Shown here one piece after another: positions 27,320 to 40,700 of a stretch of DNA of 64,000 bases. The stretch is taken from assembly GCF_000143415.4 (NCBI RefSeq), contig NW_003314288.1, forward strand, positions 596,939 through 660,938, in the 5' to 3' direction. Position 1 is the stretch's first letter. Every line of letters begins with the position of its first letter. A program made the translations under genes and the position numbers. The notes beneath the pieces were generated by a model that saw only the letters and a program-made list of their open reading frames with translations, was not told the DNA's origin and made no database searches. Source of the DNA: Selaginella moellendorffii (Eukaryota > Plantae > Lycopodiophyta).

Positions 27320-29176
27320 TACATGGTCACACGTTGATGTTTCTCATAGTTTTAACTTGCAGATATGTGGAGCCCATATTTGCTATCTTGTTGCATTTTG
27401 AGCCTTTCTCCCCTTCTGCCAGACTTTGTCTTATACCATTGTAAGTATCCACGCACGTACGCTTGTCCAGAAGCTATCCAGGTAAGCCGTGTTTGTCCTA
27501 ACAACTGTTAACCTTTTCTTCATCAGCAAATGGAAGTGTACGAATTTGCAAGAGTGACCGGCAATTCCCAGTTTGTTTTACTTCCTTTTCAGCCATACAA
27601 GCTTATTTATGCGTTGATGCTTGCTGAAGCTGGAAAGATAAACGAAGCTTTAAGGTTGGTAGTGATTTTTAACTGTATGCTTCGTTAACACAAGGTTTCT
27701 CTTCGAAGGTATTGCCAAGTGATGTTGAAAACATTGAAAACAGCGGGCCATGCAGCTGATGTGTGCAAAGAAGCGGCTGTAGCCTTGGAAGAGCATCTTC
27801 GTATCCACTCTCAGGTTTGTAAGCGAACACTTGCCTTTTATACTCACTTTTCTGTTGCTCAACGTCAATTGTGCAATGGTTTTTTGGCAATATTGGTCTA
27901 CATAAGATGATAGGTCCTTTGCCCCTGAAAGCTTCCGATAATGCTGATATTAATAACCGCCCCACAACAGCTTCTAGCAGAAGCAGTGTATCACTTGCCT
28001 TGTCAGCATCAATGGAACCCATAAGTGATAATACGAGAAGACCCAACATGCCAGCGAGAAGCATTTCTGAGCCTGACTTTAGGCCTGCACAGGTAACTCG
28101 ACTTGCTCTTGTGTACCTTCGATTAAGACTTGTATTCTTTCATCAGATCGTTAGTCCAGTGAAAGGAATGCCAAACAGAGGCGTCTTTACTTCTTTCGTG
28201 CAAAGAGTGATGGGCTTCATAAAAACACCTTCGAAGAAGGTTTGTAGAAGCTTTGGAAAGAGCGCTAGCTGATTGATGGTTGGTACATGATGCAGGCAAA
28301 GCTTGGCGACAGCAACAAGTTTAGATACGACGAGACACTGAAGTGCTGGGTTGAAGAAGGAGCCGAGGCACAAGCGCCAGAGCTTCTGTTGGCTCGTCCT
28401 CCCACGGCAAACAGGCTCGTCTCGCGTGTGGAGGAGAACGGCACTCCTATTTCCATGTCGCCGGAGAGACCACAGCTAACTCCGGAAAGGCCGCAACCGG
28501 TTGTGAGTGGAATCCCACCAGTGCCTCCGAGCAGTAACCAGTACGCAGCTCACACACGTCAAAACGTTAGATCAAGGTACCGTTTTGGTCATTCCCACCA
28601 ATCTCACGAGGTTTTTGCAGATATGTCGATACATTCAACAAAGGTAGCGTAACACCATCCAAGACATCATCAGACTCTCCTTCACTGTTTGGCGTGGTGC
28701 CAAAGGCAAGCGCAAAGCCTTTGGCTCCAGCGAGATTTTTCGTGCCTGCGGCCACTGCTGCCGCTGCTTCAGATATCAACAGCAACCATTCGGTGGATCC
28801 TTCCTCAGCACCGGCCTTTGTCCCCGACACAGCATTCTCAAACGGGAATGGACCGTTTGCAGCAGCAGCATTCGCTCAGCTGGTTGTACAGGATATGAGA
28901 AACGATCCGGGGCCAATGCTTGATCATCTCTCGAGTGGCTCTTCACCAGCAATGTTCTATTCGAATCACTATCCAGCAGCACCGTCGACCGTCTCGTTGC
29001 CACCACCTCCAGCTCTGGAAGTCACTCCGCCAGTGATGGTCGAGCAGCAGCAGCAAAACCAACACCAGGAAAGTTCGATTCATTGGCACCACAATCAACA
29101 GTCCGGCACAGTGGGATTCGAAGCTGCCAGTTCCTCCAGAGTGTTTGGAGACGACTTGCAAGAGGTGGAATTGTAA
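27320..29176 (+). pseudogene. SEC16: SEC16 3' fragment, inverted duplicate of 24500-26248
   Basis: Same motifs (LGDSNKFRYDETLKCWVEEGAE ... FGDDLQEVEL*). Begins inside an intron and carries different lesions from the left copy. Inverted homology continues to 29540 / 24155. Confidence 0.85.
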
Positions 29177-30039
29177 ATCACACTCCACAAGTAAGTAGTA
29201 GTGACTGTTGCTGGGTGGATTTTGGTAGAGCAGTGTAGCGAAGTAGTAGTCGTGGAAGGAGGAATATTTTTTGGCTGGGGTGATTCTTTGGAGCCACGAG
29301 CGAAGCAAGGAAGCAAGATAAATAAAATGGATCAAACAATATAATTCAGGAATTAAATTCTATAAAAAAATAAAAATTTAAAATGAAAATGGTAAAATAT
29401 AACATAGAATATAAATAGAATAAAATAGAGTAATAAACTACAACATATGCAACATATAGTCTTCAATAATAAATTTCAAGCCATGATTCTCATTATATAA
29501 TCTTGTAAACAAAATTTCAATAAATATGAAAAAAATTTCTTGGCATATAGGGCAGGAATGGACATAACCCGCTACATCACCTTCCATACCAGACCAGAAA
29601 AATCCCTTTTTCAATGAAGCCAGAGCAACTTTGTAAACACATCACTCATTATCACATGAATATGATATAAATATCACAATGATTTAATTATCAATTGAGT
29701 AACACTAGGAACAACAACCATGTCACCCATGCTTAGGATGTGCTAGAGAGGAAGGAAAAATGCCTCATAAAATATGATCCATAAACCAGTAGTGGCAAAC
29801 CCTAGAAATCCCAATTAATAATAATACCTAATAAAAAACCATAAGGCTAAGAGGGGGAAATTTGAAATGCAAGCTTGACAAAGAATTTGAAATGCAAGGG
29901 TAGTGTTATAATACTAATAGCTTGTATCAATTTTGTTTGAATTTAGGTAGGATTATTAAATAATGTAGTATAGATATTTAATGTTGTCATATAGTTCAAG
30001 AAGAGACTCTATAAAAAGATTTTTCAAAACATGAGATAA

Positions 30040-32390
30040 AAAGCTTAAGTTTTAGGAAAAAGTTAATCGATTCAAAGTGAAGTACCAACCTGGTTGCACA
30101 ATAGCTGAATACCTAGAACATCTCAAGAGCATCAAACAAGGTAGTAAAGAAAATATCAAAGACTATACTTGAAGATTCAAATATCATGCAAAGTGCTATA
30201 AAGATCTACTCACTGAACAAGGTAAGTATATTTGGTATGTATAGGGATTGAAGAAGATATACCAATAAATGATTGCTCTCGCATGTACGGAAGAAGATCT
30301 AAATGCCGAGACCTCTATTGACAATATTTCCAAGAAAATCAAGAACCCCGAGAAACAGTTTTGAAAATTTTTAAGAGTAGAAACAACAAGAACAAATGAC
30401 TCTTCTGATGATAAGGAAGAATACAAACTCGAAGTTATGAAGAAAGACAAGAATAAAAAATTTATCAAAATACTCAAGAAAGTTACAATCAAGAATAAAC
30501 TTAAAGAAGGAATATGGTGTATGAAATGTAAAAACAAAGGACACATCCTAACAAAGTGTAACTACTGATTCCTAAGTGTTAAATCTATGAAAAAGAAAAA
30601 TATATAGCAATGATCTGTCGATACAAAAGAGTAACTGAAGTCACACGAGTCGAGAACATACCCTTAACTCCTACACCAACTAGAAAACATTACAATCAAC
30701 CCAAACAAGAACCACAACAGTGGTAACTGAACTACCAAAATCAAGGTACATATAATCCTAACTCTAGATACCATCAACAATACAACAATGGCAACCAAGA
30801 CAATCAGTATCAACAACCATACCAACAGGCTTATCAACAGCTTTATCGAGACAACTAACAATGGAGACCACCACCCCAGAAAAACAACTATCAACAATAG
30901 TACCACAACAATCGACAATAGAGACCATCTCTGCAATAACTAAACTATCAATAGCAAAATCAACAATATGATCCACCACCCAGAGTATTTCCTCGTAACA
31001 ACTATTAATAACAACCTTAAACTCAAAAAATCCAACCCCAATACTAACAATAACAAAATCAAGAAAATCAACCTCCTCAGCAAGATCAACAACATTGAAG
31101 ACCTCCTCCAACAATAAGAAATGTCAACATTGACTAAATTGAAGATGAACACTTTGAAGATGAACTTGAGGTAAAAGCTCTAACTCGAAGCTGGAAAAAA
31201 CACTACACTCCTAAATATAACCTTGAGGAAAAGTCAAAGAACAAGAATTCCAAGACAAAGTGCAAGAAATCTCAAGGCACAAATAGCAACAAAACAAGGA
31301 GTTAGTCAACACAATTCAGCAAACCCTTCAACAACAACAACTTGAAGTTGAAAATGATTAGGAAATTGTGACTAAAACTCTGTCAAAAAAGAGGAACAAC
31401 CAAAGTCTATCACCAACATTCTTCAACAAGGTATCACACTCACCCTTCTAAAACTTTCACATGTAGTTTCATACTTGAGAAAACAACTTCTCAAGATATA
31501 TCAAGTTTCTCCACCAAAAAACTTTAGCTCAAGTCAAGAAAAAAATTAACAACTCATCCTATAAAGAAAACATCCAACCTAGTGATTATGATGAAGATGT
31601 ACCATGCATCCCAATCAGGATAAGAAAGAACAAAGTTATATAAATAATCATCAACAGTAGAGAAAATATCAACATTATCAAGTATTCAACTTACAAAGCA
31701 ATGGAACTTGGACCAATCCACTTTACACCCTTCAACATCAAGATGGCCGACGATTGAAATGTACAACCATTAGGAATCGTGCACAACATTCCTATCAAGA
31801 TTAAAGATCAAGAATTTAAGATAACTTTCATCGTACTAAAGATGGCAAAAGACCAAAGCTGCTACAAAGTACTCCTCAAATGAACTTGGCTCAAGACAAT
31901 AGACATTATCACATATTAGAGGAATAATACCATCACCCTTGGAGGACATAAAGATGCTCCACAACTATCTACCAATATTGTAAAGAAGATCATAAAGAAA
32001 TTTTAACTAACCACAATCAAACAATATGACTATAATGAAGGACTCGACAGCTATGAAGAAGCTCAAATTCTTAAGGCATACCCTAAATTAAAAATACTAA
32101 TCTAAGTCGATCTCAACCGAATCTAAAGAAAAAAAGCAATCAAGATCCTCAACTTCAAAATGAAGATTTCCAACACCAAGATTTGAAAGAAAAGACAACA
32201 CCAGCACACATGAAAAAACAATGAGAACATTCAAGCATCAAACTTGAATCAGCCTACCGAATGAATCCCAACATACAAACCAAAGTCAAGGAAGAGCTTA
32301 ACAAACTCAAAAATGTTAGCTTCATCTTCCCAATTCAAAATCAAAAATGGCTATCACCACTAGTTATTGTCCCCAAGAAAAACAGCTTGT
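30040..32390 (+). mobile_element. Inverted duplicate of the AT-rich Gypsy gag-protease region (~12690-14870)
   Basis: ORFs 30196/30664/30764/30940 mirror 14482/14026/13827/13792. Confidence 0.88.
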
Positions 32391-32394
32391 TGAC

Positions 32395-33680
32395 TTCAAC
32401 TCCTTTGTAGTGAAGGCATGTGCAGTTGTTTTGAAGGGGGACGCCTCTTCCAATGCAATTGTGCTTCCTTTGATGTACAAGATGGTTTCCTAGTCAAGAG
32501 GAATCGGGCTATGGTTCCTAGAGATGATGTTCGTTTACAGTGGATTCTGTAAGAGTGTCCATTGCACCAAGTGCAAGACATCGAGGACGTGCGTTCTGGT
32601 AGAGATGCATTTATTTTGGCCTGGAATGAAGTCAGGTGTTGATAAGTATGTGCACAGTTGTTAGACCGGCCAGGCAGTCACAATGGATTGTGAGAAGCAT
32701 GAAGGTCTCTACCATAGTTAACCTCAACAGAAGTGGGATAGCATTTTCTATGAGTTTCATAGTAGGTGTTTCAAGGCAATGATGCTATCTGGGTTGTTGT
32801 GGATTGTGTGATGATGTGAGCTCACTTCTTCCTTGTGAAGACGAATGCTAAGGCTTTTGACCTTGCTCAGCTGTATTTCTCTATGGGTTGCCTAAGGATG
32901 TTGTAAGTGATCGGGATCCCACGTTCACTTTGGAGTTTTGGCAGACAGTGTTCCAGAAGCTTGAGACAAAGCTGAGCATGAGCATCCACAGTCAGATGGA
33001 CAAACAAAACAAGTTAATTAGGAGCTGGAAGACATGCTAAGATCGTTTGTTGGTCATCTGAAGAGGCAAGGTATTTGGGAGAAGTACCTGCCTTTGTTAG
33101 AGTTTGCCTATAACTGTGCCTTCCATTTGGCTATTGAGATGGCTCCGTTTATGGCAATGTATGGCTTTCAACCTCGGTCCCCTGTTGGTAAAAACTTGGC
33201 TTCTCTTAAGGTGCACCAGGCAAAGGAGTTGGCTGATGAGCATCGTCAGCACAAGCAGTTTCAGGTTGGAGACAAGGTTTTCCTTCGGTTGTCTGAAGCT
33301 CAATGAGCTCTTCAAGGTGGAGGTAGTTCTAAGTTGTCGCCACAGTACTGTGGGCTTTGGATTATTCTCAAACGAGTTGGAGACCTTGCCTATTGTGAAG
33401 ATTCATCCCGTCTTCTATGTAGGAAGTTGAAGGCGTGTTTGCATTCTGGTAATATCTTGGACCAGTCTGCAATCAAGATTCCAGAGATAGATGTTTGAAG
33501 GTTGGCCCTACTTGTGTGTTATAGCAACAGCTAGCGTGCACACATCGTAAGACTTGGAGAGAGTTACTTGTTCAGTGGAATGGTTATTCTCCATATGATG
33601 CTACATGGGAAGCTGAGAATGATGTTGTTTCCTAATCTTGAGTATGACTTGGATGACATTCCAGAGGAAGAGGAGAAGTA
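32395..33680 (+). pseudogene. Degenerate Gypsy integrase-chromodomain fragment
   Basis: HPQSDGQT-like, WEKYLPLLEFAYN, QFQVGDKVFL, VQWNGYSPYDATWEAE. Confidence 0.8.
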
Positions 33681-33789
33681 GTCGCTTGCTCCTATCCTTT
33701 CTTTCTTTTCTGACCCCGTTGATGGCTGGAGGTGTTGTGTCACGTGAGACAGTGGTTTTGTTAGCGGGATGCTTTGCTAGCTTCTCTCT

Positions 33790-35380
33790 CCTTAGCTACT
33801 GTTCATCATAGTTGGAGCAGAGGGAAAAATGTCACCATATTTCGTGATGAACCAGCTGATTCTGGACCTAGGTCTCTGATCAAAGAGCCAAATACCAACT
33901 GTAAATTTGCATGTGAAGAGGTGTTCAAGCATCTCCACGGGGTTTTCATTGCATAGAATACAAAGAGTTTTGTGAACTGTGAGCCAATCACCAACAGGGA
34001 TGCTGTCCTGCACAAGAAGCCAGCTTACCTTAGCTTCCACCAGTGTCTTCCACATGTTCACAATGTACTTCCGATTCTTCAACTTCCGCATAAGCTTGGT
34101 GTCAATTTTATCCATCAAAAGCTCTCTGCCATGCTTAGACCTGTACATAAAAAAAGACACACTGAACTCATTACCTTCCCAGGATAACTGAGCCGGATCC
34201 TATATAAGATCAGATATAGGTACTCCCCAAACTAGTGTATTGCAGAGCATTCTCCCAGTTGAACCTTAGGATCCAGTTCAGTGTATTTCCCTCTCTGATG
34301 TATCGTCCTGATCCTTTTACCGAAGGCCATCCTGGGAACCGGGACCTCCTCGGGAACTCTCCATGGAAACAGTGCACCACTGTTATGGGGATAAAAAACA
34401 ATACCTTGAGGTGATGGGGTTGTTTCCATAACAAAGATGATTTGAGTCTCAGCACCATCAAGCATTATCCAATCACGAACCTCGATAACTTCAGTTTGTA
34501 AAGCAAGATGAAGGTGATCACAAGCAATGCTGCCTTAAGCTTTGATGTGGAGTTTTCATCCTGGGTTGTAATGGGTTGTCATGAGGCCATCCGATGAGCA
34601 GGGTTTTCTCCAAGCGGACGTTAAACAAATACCTGACTTGACCTTTTTCATTGTATCATAGCTTGTCCACTGCTGAGGAAGAAAAACAAGATCCCAACAA
34701 GAACTTTGCTGTAAGTGATGGCTTGCTAGCTCTTTGTAGATCCAATAAGTCTTTGATCGAAGCTCCCACATTTCTATGCCACCTAGGCCAAAAACCTCTA
34801 CCCAAGCCTGGAGCTGAACAGTCACCTATATACTGCTGATTACTGTTCTTATGCGCTACGTTGAAGAACAAGCAATCAGCTAATGCCTCTGTCAGATGGT
34901 CTGGTTCTTTCTGACTTAACCTGGGTAGGAGTGTGACTTCCATATCTTCAACATCTCTTTTGCTATTCCATCCTGGACTTTCTTTGTGTTGAGAGGAGCA
35001 ATGCCAATCGATTCCTTGTTTATAGTTACCACCTTGTCTAGGCAAGATCTTCTGCAGTTGAGCTCTGAAGAGGAGGTGCCAGCTTTGGTTTCGTGGATAT
35101 AAACCTGACACAAGCACTTTGAAGAGAAGAGCTTTGGATTGAATTCCTGGGTGTGGCACATTCCGAATAACTGAATTCCACTCTACTTTTGCCCAGACTT
35201 TGCACCCGCTGGAGTTTCTAAAGTTTCTACATATGTCGTTGGTGATCAAGTGTTGGTGAGTTATTGGGTGTTGCGGATCCAAGGTTTTTGCTGTGTAGGT
35301 CCTTATCACATCGTCCAACAAGTTGGTCCACAAATCTATGTGGTGACACTCAATGCACAATGTCAAGAGAAGATCCATGT
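33790..35380 (-). mobile_element. LINE (L1-like) ORF2 3' fragment
   Basis: WAKVEW...IQSKALLFK...W post-RT region and zf-RVT-like CILCNENPVEMLEHLFTCKFTVGIW. Confidence 0.65.
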
Positions 35381-35969
35381 GAAGCAGTTAGCTCGATATT
35401 GTGTGTGAACGGATTGATGTAAGGATTCTACCATATATTCTATGGTAGATATAGATAAACTCAACAAGATTGGAATAGGGAGTAAGTTTTATGGCCCAGG
35501 TAAGTTAGAGGAAGGGAAAAAAAAGAATTAATTAGAGTGAAAATGCGAGTTATTGTGAAATTAGAGTATAAATGTGAGTTAAGAGTTAACACGAGCTAAG
35601 AGTAAAAACGTGATGTAGCAGCTTAAAAGAGGGAAGTAGGAATGCTCGGATGGAGTTCCACCAGGTAGAAAAGACAAGTCATACCTCAAGCCTCGGATTG
35701 CTCCCACCCGGTTGCGTACTTTAACCAAGCCCCGAACCACCCAGCAGTCTTGGCGCACAGGGATGACATCAACCCTAACCTCTTGCTCCACTGCTCCTAC
35801 TTCTGAGCTGCTAGCAGCTTCTCCCCTCCTTAAAAAAAAAAGGTCTGTTGTTCTCTTGGAGTTCAAGAGGCATCCTCTTCACCGTCTCCTCTGTTTTTGC
35901 TAGCTAGTTACTCTTACAAGAAGGAGCACAAGCCAAGTTCAGCTCCATGCTCAGCCTATCATCTCCTCT

Positions 35970-37130
35970 TTAAGACACCTCACCTCTTTGAAGCCATTCA
36001 GGAGAGCTAGCACGCTTCACGTCTAGACGTCCCCCCCTTTTTTCTTTTTGCGATTGTCTCTTCAAACTCATCATACCAAACCTTACCAAGCCGAGTGCAG
36101 GTTTTGAAACCCCATGAGTCACCTTGGCCTTTTTCCATCTTCCAGTTGAGCTCTCCAACAATCTTGACGTGCGGATGCGTGCAAACTGCTCCTTGAGCCA
36201 GGACCATTTCTCCAGGAGATAACTTATGCTACAACACTCTCCGCTCGACGATCTCAATGTGGAAAGATCCACAAAACTGTCCCACTCATCATAGTTGTAG
36301 AAGAAATCATCCTCATACTGCATCTGCAACCTTGCTCGAGCCCAAGCCTCCACCATCGCAAACTTCTCCCTCATCTTGATCAGCTCACACTTGAGGCGGC
36401 AAAACAAGTCCAGGTCCTAAGGAACAACAATGGAATACACCTTTCCCGGGTACCTGTCTCGAAACCTGTGAAAGTACAGTGGACGATGTGGTGTTTTAGA
36501 TCGCAGCGGAATGATAACTTGATGAAAGCAACAAAACCATTGAGCTCGCTCTTTGGGGATCAATTATCATCTCCTCCTTTGAAGTAATGAGCAGCAGGCC
36601 TTGATTGCATCCAGAAGTACTAGAGATAGTCTGCAAAAGCAGGTTTGACACCAGTTATTTTGGCAACACAGAAGAAAAAGAAGAAAAATAATCTCAAGTT
36701 TCAAAATTTATAGAGATCCATACAATCCAAATCAAGATCAATCCTCCACGAACTTAATGCCGCTTTCAGCACCTCCAAGCTCTGCCGAAAAACATAGCCA
36801 CGGTATGCCACAATCGTTCGCTTGAAAATCTGAAGATGTCGATCGAAGCATGCAAGCAAAAACATGAAGTAAAGAAGCGCAGGTGGACAACAAAGGAGAT
36901 GAACTGAGCGAGGCCAAGAACACATATAAGGACTGAATGTAAGCACATGAGGCCTCGTGCGGTTTTTTCCTCCATGTGTGGCTTCATGTGCGAAGAGTTT
37001 GGTGTGGTAAGGTATGTTGCGGAGCAGCCAGAAGCCCAGGGTGAATATAAGTACGTGAGGCCTTGTGAGGTTTTACCACTGCCCGAAGACTCCTGTGCAT
37101 GGGCCCCGGGCGAGAGTCATTTGCGAAAGT
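35970..37130 (-). other. Possible spliced orphan gene or pseudogene divergent from the PPR gene (partial copy at ~580-1338, + strand)
   Basis: Short GT...AG intron-like segments (e.g. gtacccggg...gttcctcag in the left copy) precede a 145-aa terminal ORF; no recognisable domain. Confidence 0.3.
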
Positions 37131-37725
37131 GTTCTGCATGAAACTGGTACCCTGAAGCTTCTGGCCCCATGAAGAGCATTTTTTATTTAATTTGTGTAGA
37201 GTGTGGTTTATTTTTGCATATTGAGTGCATTGATATCTTTTAGTTATTGAAGAACTGAAGACTACCTACAGTTAAGTGCATGCAGCAACAGATCATATAA
37301 AAAATGAAACAAATCGGGATTTCTAGGAAGTTCGTGCGTGTTGTTAGTAATAATAATAATAATCATAAAAACCTGATGTTCAGCCAGTTAGAAGATTGTC
37401 TGAAAATTATGCATGTATTGATTCTTCAGCTCTTGAGCAACTGATTGCTGCTGGCTCACTTTCTATATATATCAAAGAGATTTCTTATTAACAATAAACA
37501 TCTAAGCTGCTGCAGTTAAGCTGTGACATTGTATAAAAAGGAAAAGAATTAGAAAAAGAAAAAAAGAAAACACGAGCTTTTTACTACTACGGTTAAGTAA
37601 TAACAAATCGGGATTTCTAGGGTATGCGTGCGGCGCTAGGGTTTGTGTGGTGTGTGTGTCATTTCTCAACAATCTCATGGAGTTCAGGGATCCCACTTTC
37701 TGGTGGGACAACAGGTTCAAGAAGA
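36349..37725. repeat. Right outer arm of large inverted duplication
   Basis: Reverse complement of 1-1338. Confidence 0.95.
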
Positions 37726-40700
37726 AAAACAAGTTCTTCTCAGAGTCCTACCCGGATTTCAAACATGTTTCTACCGGAGAGAGCCTGTGGATCGCCAACA
37801 GGAAAACACCAACCTGGGTCTCTGCAAAACTCGAGTCGCTCGCTGACCCAGCTGTAGGTAAGGCCACCACGGCCCGCTACAAATCTCCACATACCCCACC
37901 TGTAGCTGGTGATGAACCGGTGAGTTTAGGGAGGCTGATACACCGCGTGAGAGACTCAGCTGAGAGCAGATCCCTTTCTTTGGGAAAACAAGCCCATGAA
38001 GCTGTGCTCAAGAGTGATGAGCACAAAAGCAACATCTACTTGTTGACGGGATTGATCGATATGTACTGCAAGTGTGGCGAGCTTGAGGAGGCTCGCAAGA
38101 TTTTCGACTCCATGGGAACCCGGAGTGTTGTGTCCTACAACGCGATCATCCACGGCTGCGGCTCGAACGGGCAAGCTGAAGTTGCTCTGGAGTACTACTC
38201 TGCCCTGAGAGCTTGTACCACCATTCAACCCAACGATCGGACACATGTCGCGGTGATCAGCGCCTGCTCCAGACTTGCTACCGAATCCAGCGAGAAGAGG
38301 GAGAGAGCTCTACGCATCGGGATGGAGATCCATTCAATGCTGAGCAAGGAGAAGAAACAGCTAGATCTGTTCGTGGCGACTTGCCTGGTAGACATGTACT
38401 GCAAGTGTGGCGAGCTTGAGGAGGCTCGCAAGATTTTCCACTCCATGGGAACTCGGAGTGTTGTGTCCTACAACGCGATCATCCAGGGCTGCGGCTCGAA
38501 CGGACAAGCTGAACTTGCTCTGGAGTACTACTCTGCCCTGAGAGCTGATAACACCATTCAACCCGACGATCGGACACATGTCGCAGTGATCAGCGCCTGC
38601 TCCACACTTGCTACCGAATCCAGCGAGAAGAGGGAGAGAGCTCTACGCATCGGGATGGAAGTCCATTCAGTACTGAGCAAGGAGAAGAAACATCTAGGTT
38701 TGTACATGGCGACTTGCCTGGTAGACATGTACTGCAAGTGTGGCGAGCTTGAGGAGGCTCGCAAGATTTTCCACTCCATGGGAACTCGGAGTGTTGTGTC
38801 CTACACCGCGATCATCCAGGGCTGCAACACGAACGGGCAAGCTGAACTTGCTCTGGAGTACTACTCTGCCCTGAGAGTTGATAACACCATTCAACCCGAC
38901 GATCGGACACATGTCGCGGTGATCAGCGCCTGTTCCACACTTGCTACGGAATCCAGCGAGAAGAGGGAGAGAGCTCTACGCATCGGGATGGAAGTCCATT
39001 CAGTACTGAGCAAGGAGAAGAAACATCTAGGTCTGTACATGGCGACTTGCCTGGTAGACATGTACTGCAAGTGTGGCGAGCTTGAGGAGGCTTGCAAGAT
39101 TTTCCACTCCATGGGAACTCGGAGTGTTGTGTCCTACACCGCGATCATCCAGGGCTGCAACACGAACGGGCGAGCTGAACTTGCTCTGGAGTACTACTCT
39201 GCCCTGAGAGCTGATAACACCATTCAACCCGACGATTGGACTCATGTCGTGGTGATCAGCGCCTGCTCCACACTTGCTACCGAATCCAGCGAGAAGAGGG
39301 AGAGAGCTCTATGCATCGGGATGGAGATCCATTCAATGCTGAGCAAGGAGAAGAAACAGCTAGATCTGTTCGTGGCGAATTGCCTGGTAGACATGTACTG
39401 CAAGTGTGGCGAGCTTGAGGAGGCTCGCAAGATTTTCCACTCCATGGGAACTCGGACTGTTGTGTCCTACACCGCGATCATCCAGGGCTGCAACACGAAC
39501 GGGCGACCTGAACTTGCTCTGGAGTACTACTCTGCCCTGAGAGCTGATAACACCATTCAACCCGACGATCAGACTTATGTCGTAGTGATCAGCGCCTGCT
39601 CCACACTTGCTACTGAATCCAGCGAGAAGAGGGAGAGAGCTCTACGCATCGGGATGGAGATCCATTCAATGCTGAGCAAGGAGAAGAAACAGCTAGATCT
39701 GTTCGTGGCGAATTGCCTGGTAGACATGTACTGCAAGTGTGGCGAGCTTGAGGAGGCTCGCAAGATTTTCCACTCTATGGGAACTCGGAGTGTTGTGTCC
39801 TACACCGCGATCATCCAGGGCTGCAACACGAACGGGCAAGCTGAACTTGCTCTGGAGTACTACTCTGCCCTGAGAGCTGATAACACCATTCAAGCTAATG
39901 CTTGCACCTACACCTGCGTCCTTGTTGCTTGCGGGAGTGTGATGGCGATCAAGCTCGGGAGGGAGATTCACCAGCTGGCGAAGCATGAAGGGCTGCTGAA
40001 AAACAATCCAGTTCTGGGCTCCAGCCTGGTGAGCTTCTACGGCAAATGCGGCGATGTTGATTCTGCTCAGGAAGCGTTTGACGAGTGCCGAGCTCGGGAC
40101 AACACGGGTCTCTGGAACTCTCTCATACAGGCTTACACTCTCCAGGGCCGATCGATCGAGGCCTTGGAGCGTTTCTATTCCATGATTCAGGAGGAGGGCT
40201 GTAAAGCTGACAATGTGAGTTTTGTGTCGGTGTTGAACGCTTGCAGCCATGGTGGTCTGGTCGGGAAAGGAAGGCAGCTTCTGGATGAAATGCCCAAGCA
40301 GTATGGAGTCAAGCCACGTCTGGAGCATTATGTGTGCCTGATCGATATGCTTGGGCGAGCTAACCTCCTCGACGAAGCTGTGAGAGTTCTCAGAGCCATG
40401 CCTTTTGAACCGGATGCAGTGGTTTGGACGTCCCTGCTCGGAGCCTGCCGGAAGTGGAAGAATTACACGATCGGCAAACTTGCGTTTGAGCGTCTTGTGG
40501 AGATGGATCCCAAGAGTGGCACGCCCTACGCATTGATGGCCAATATATTTGGAAACCTGGGGATGCTCAGTGAAAGGGCTGCTGTTGTGGAGAGAATGAG
40601 AGGTGAAGGCGGCTTCAGGGAGCCCGGGAGAAGCTGGTGGACGGATGTTAGCTCAGGAAAAGTGCATTCTTTTTCTGTTGGGGATAGGAGTCACTCACAG

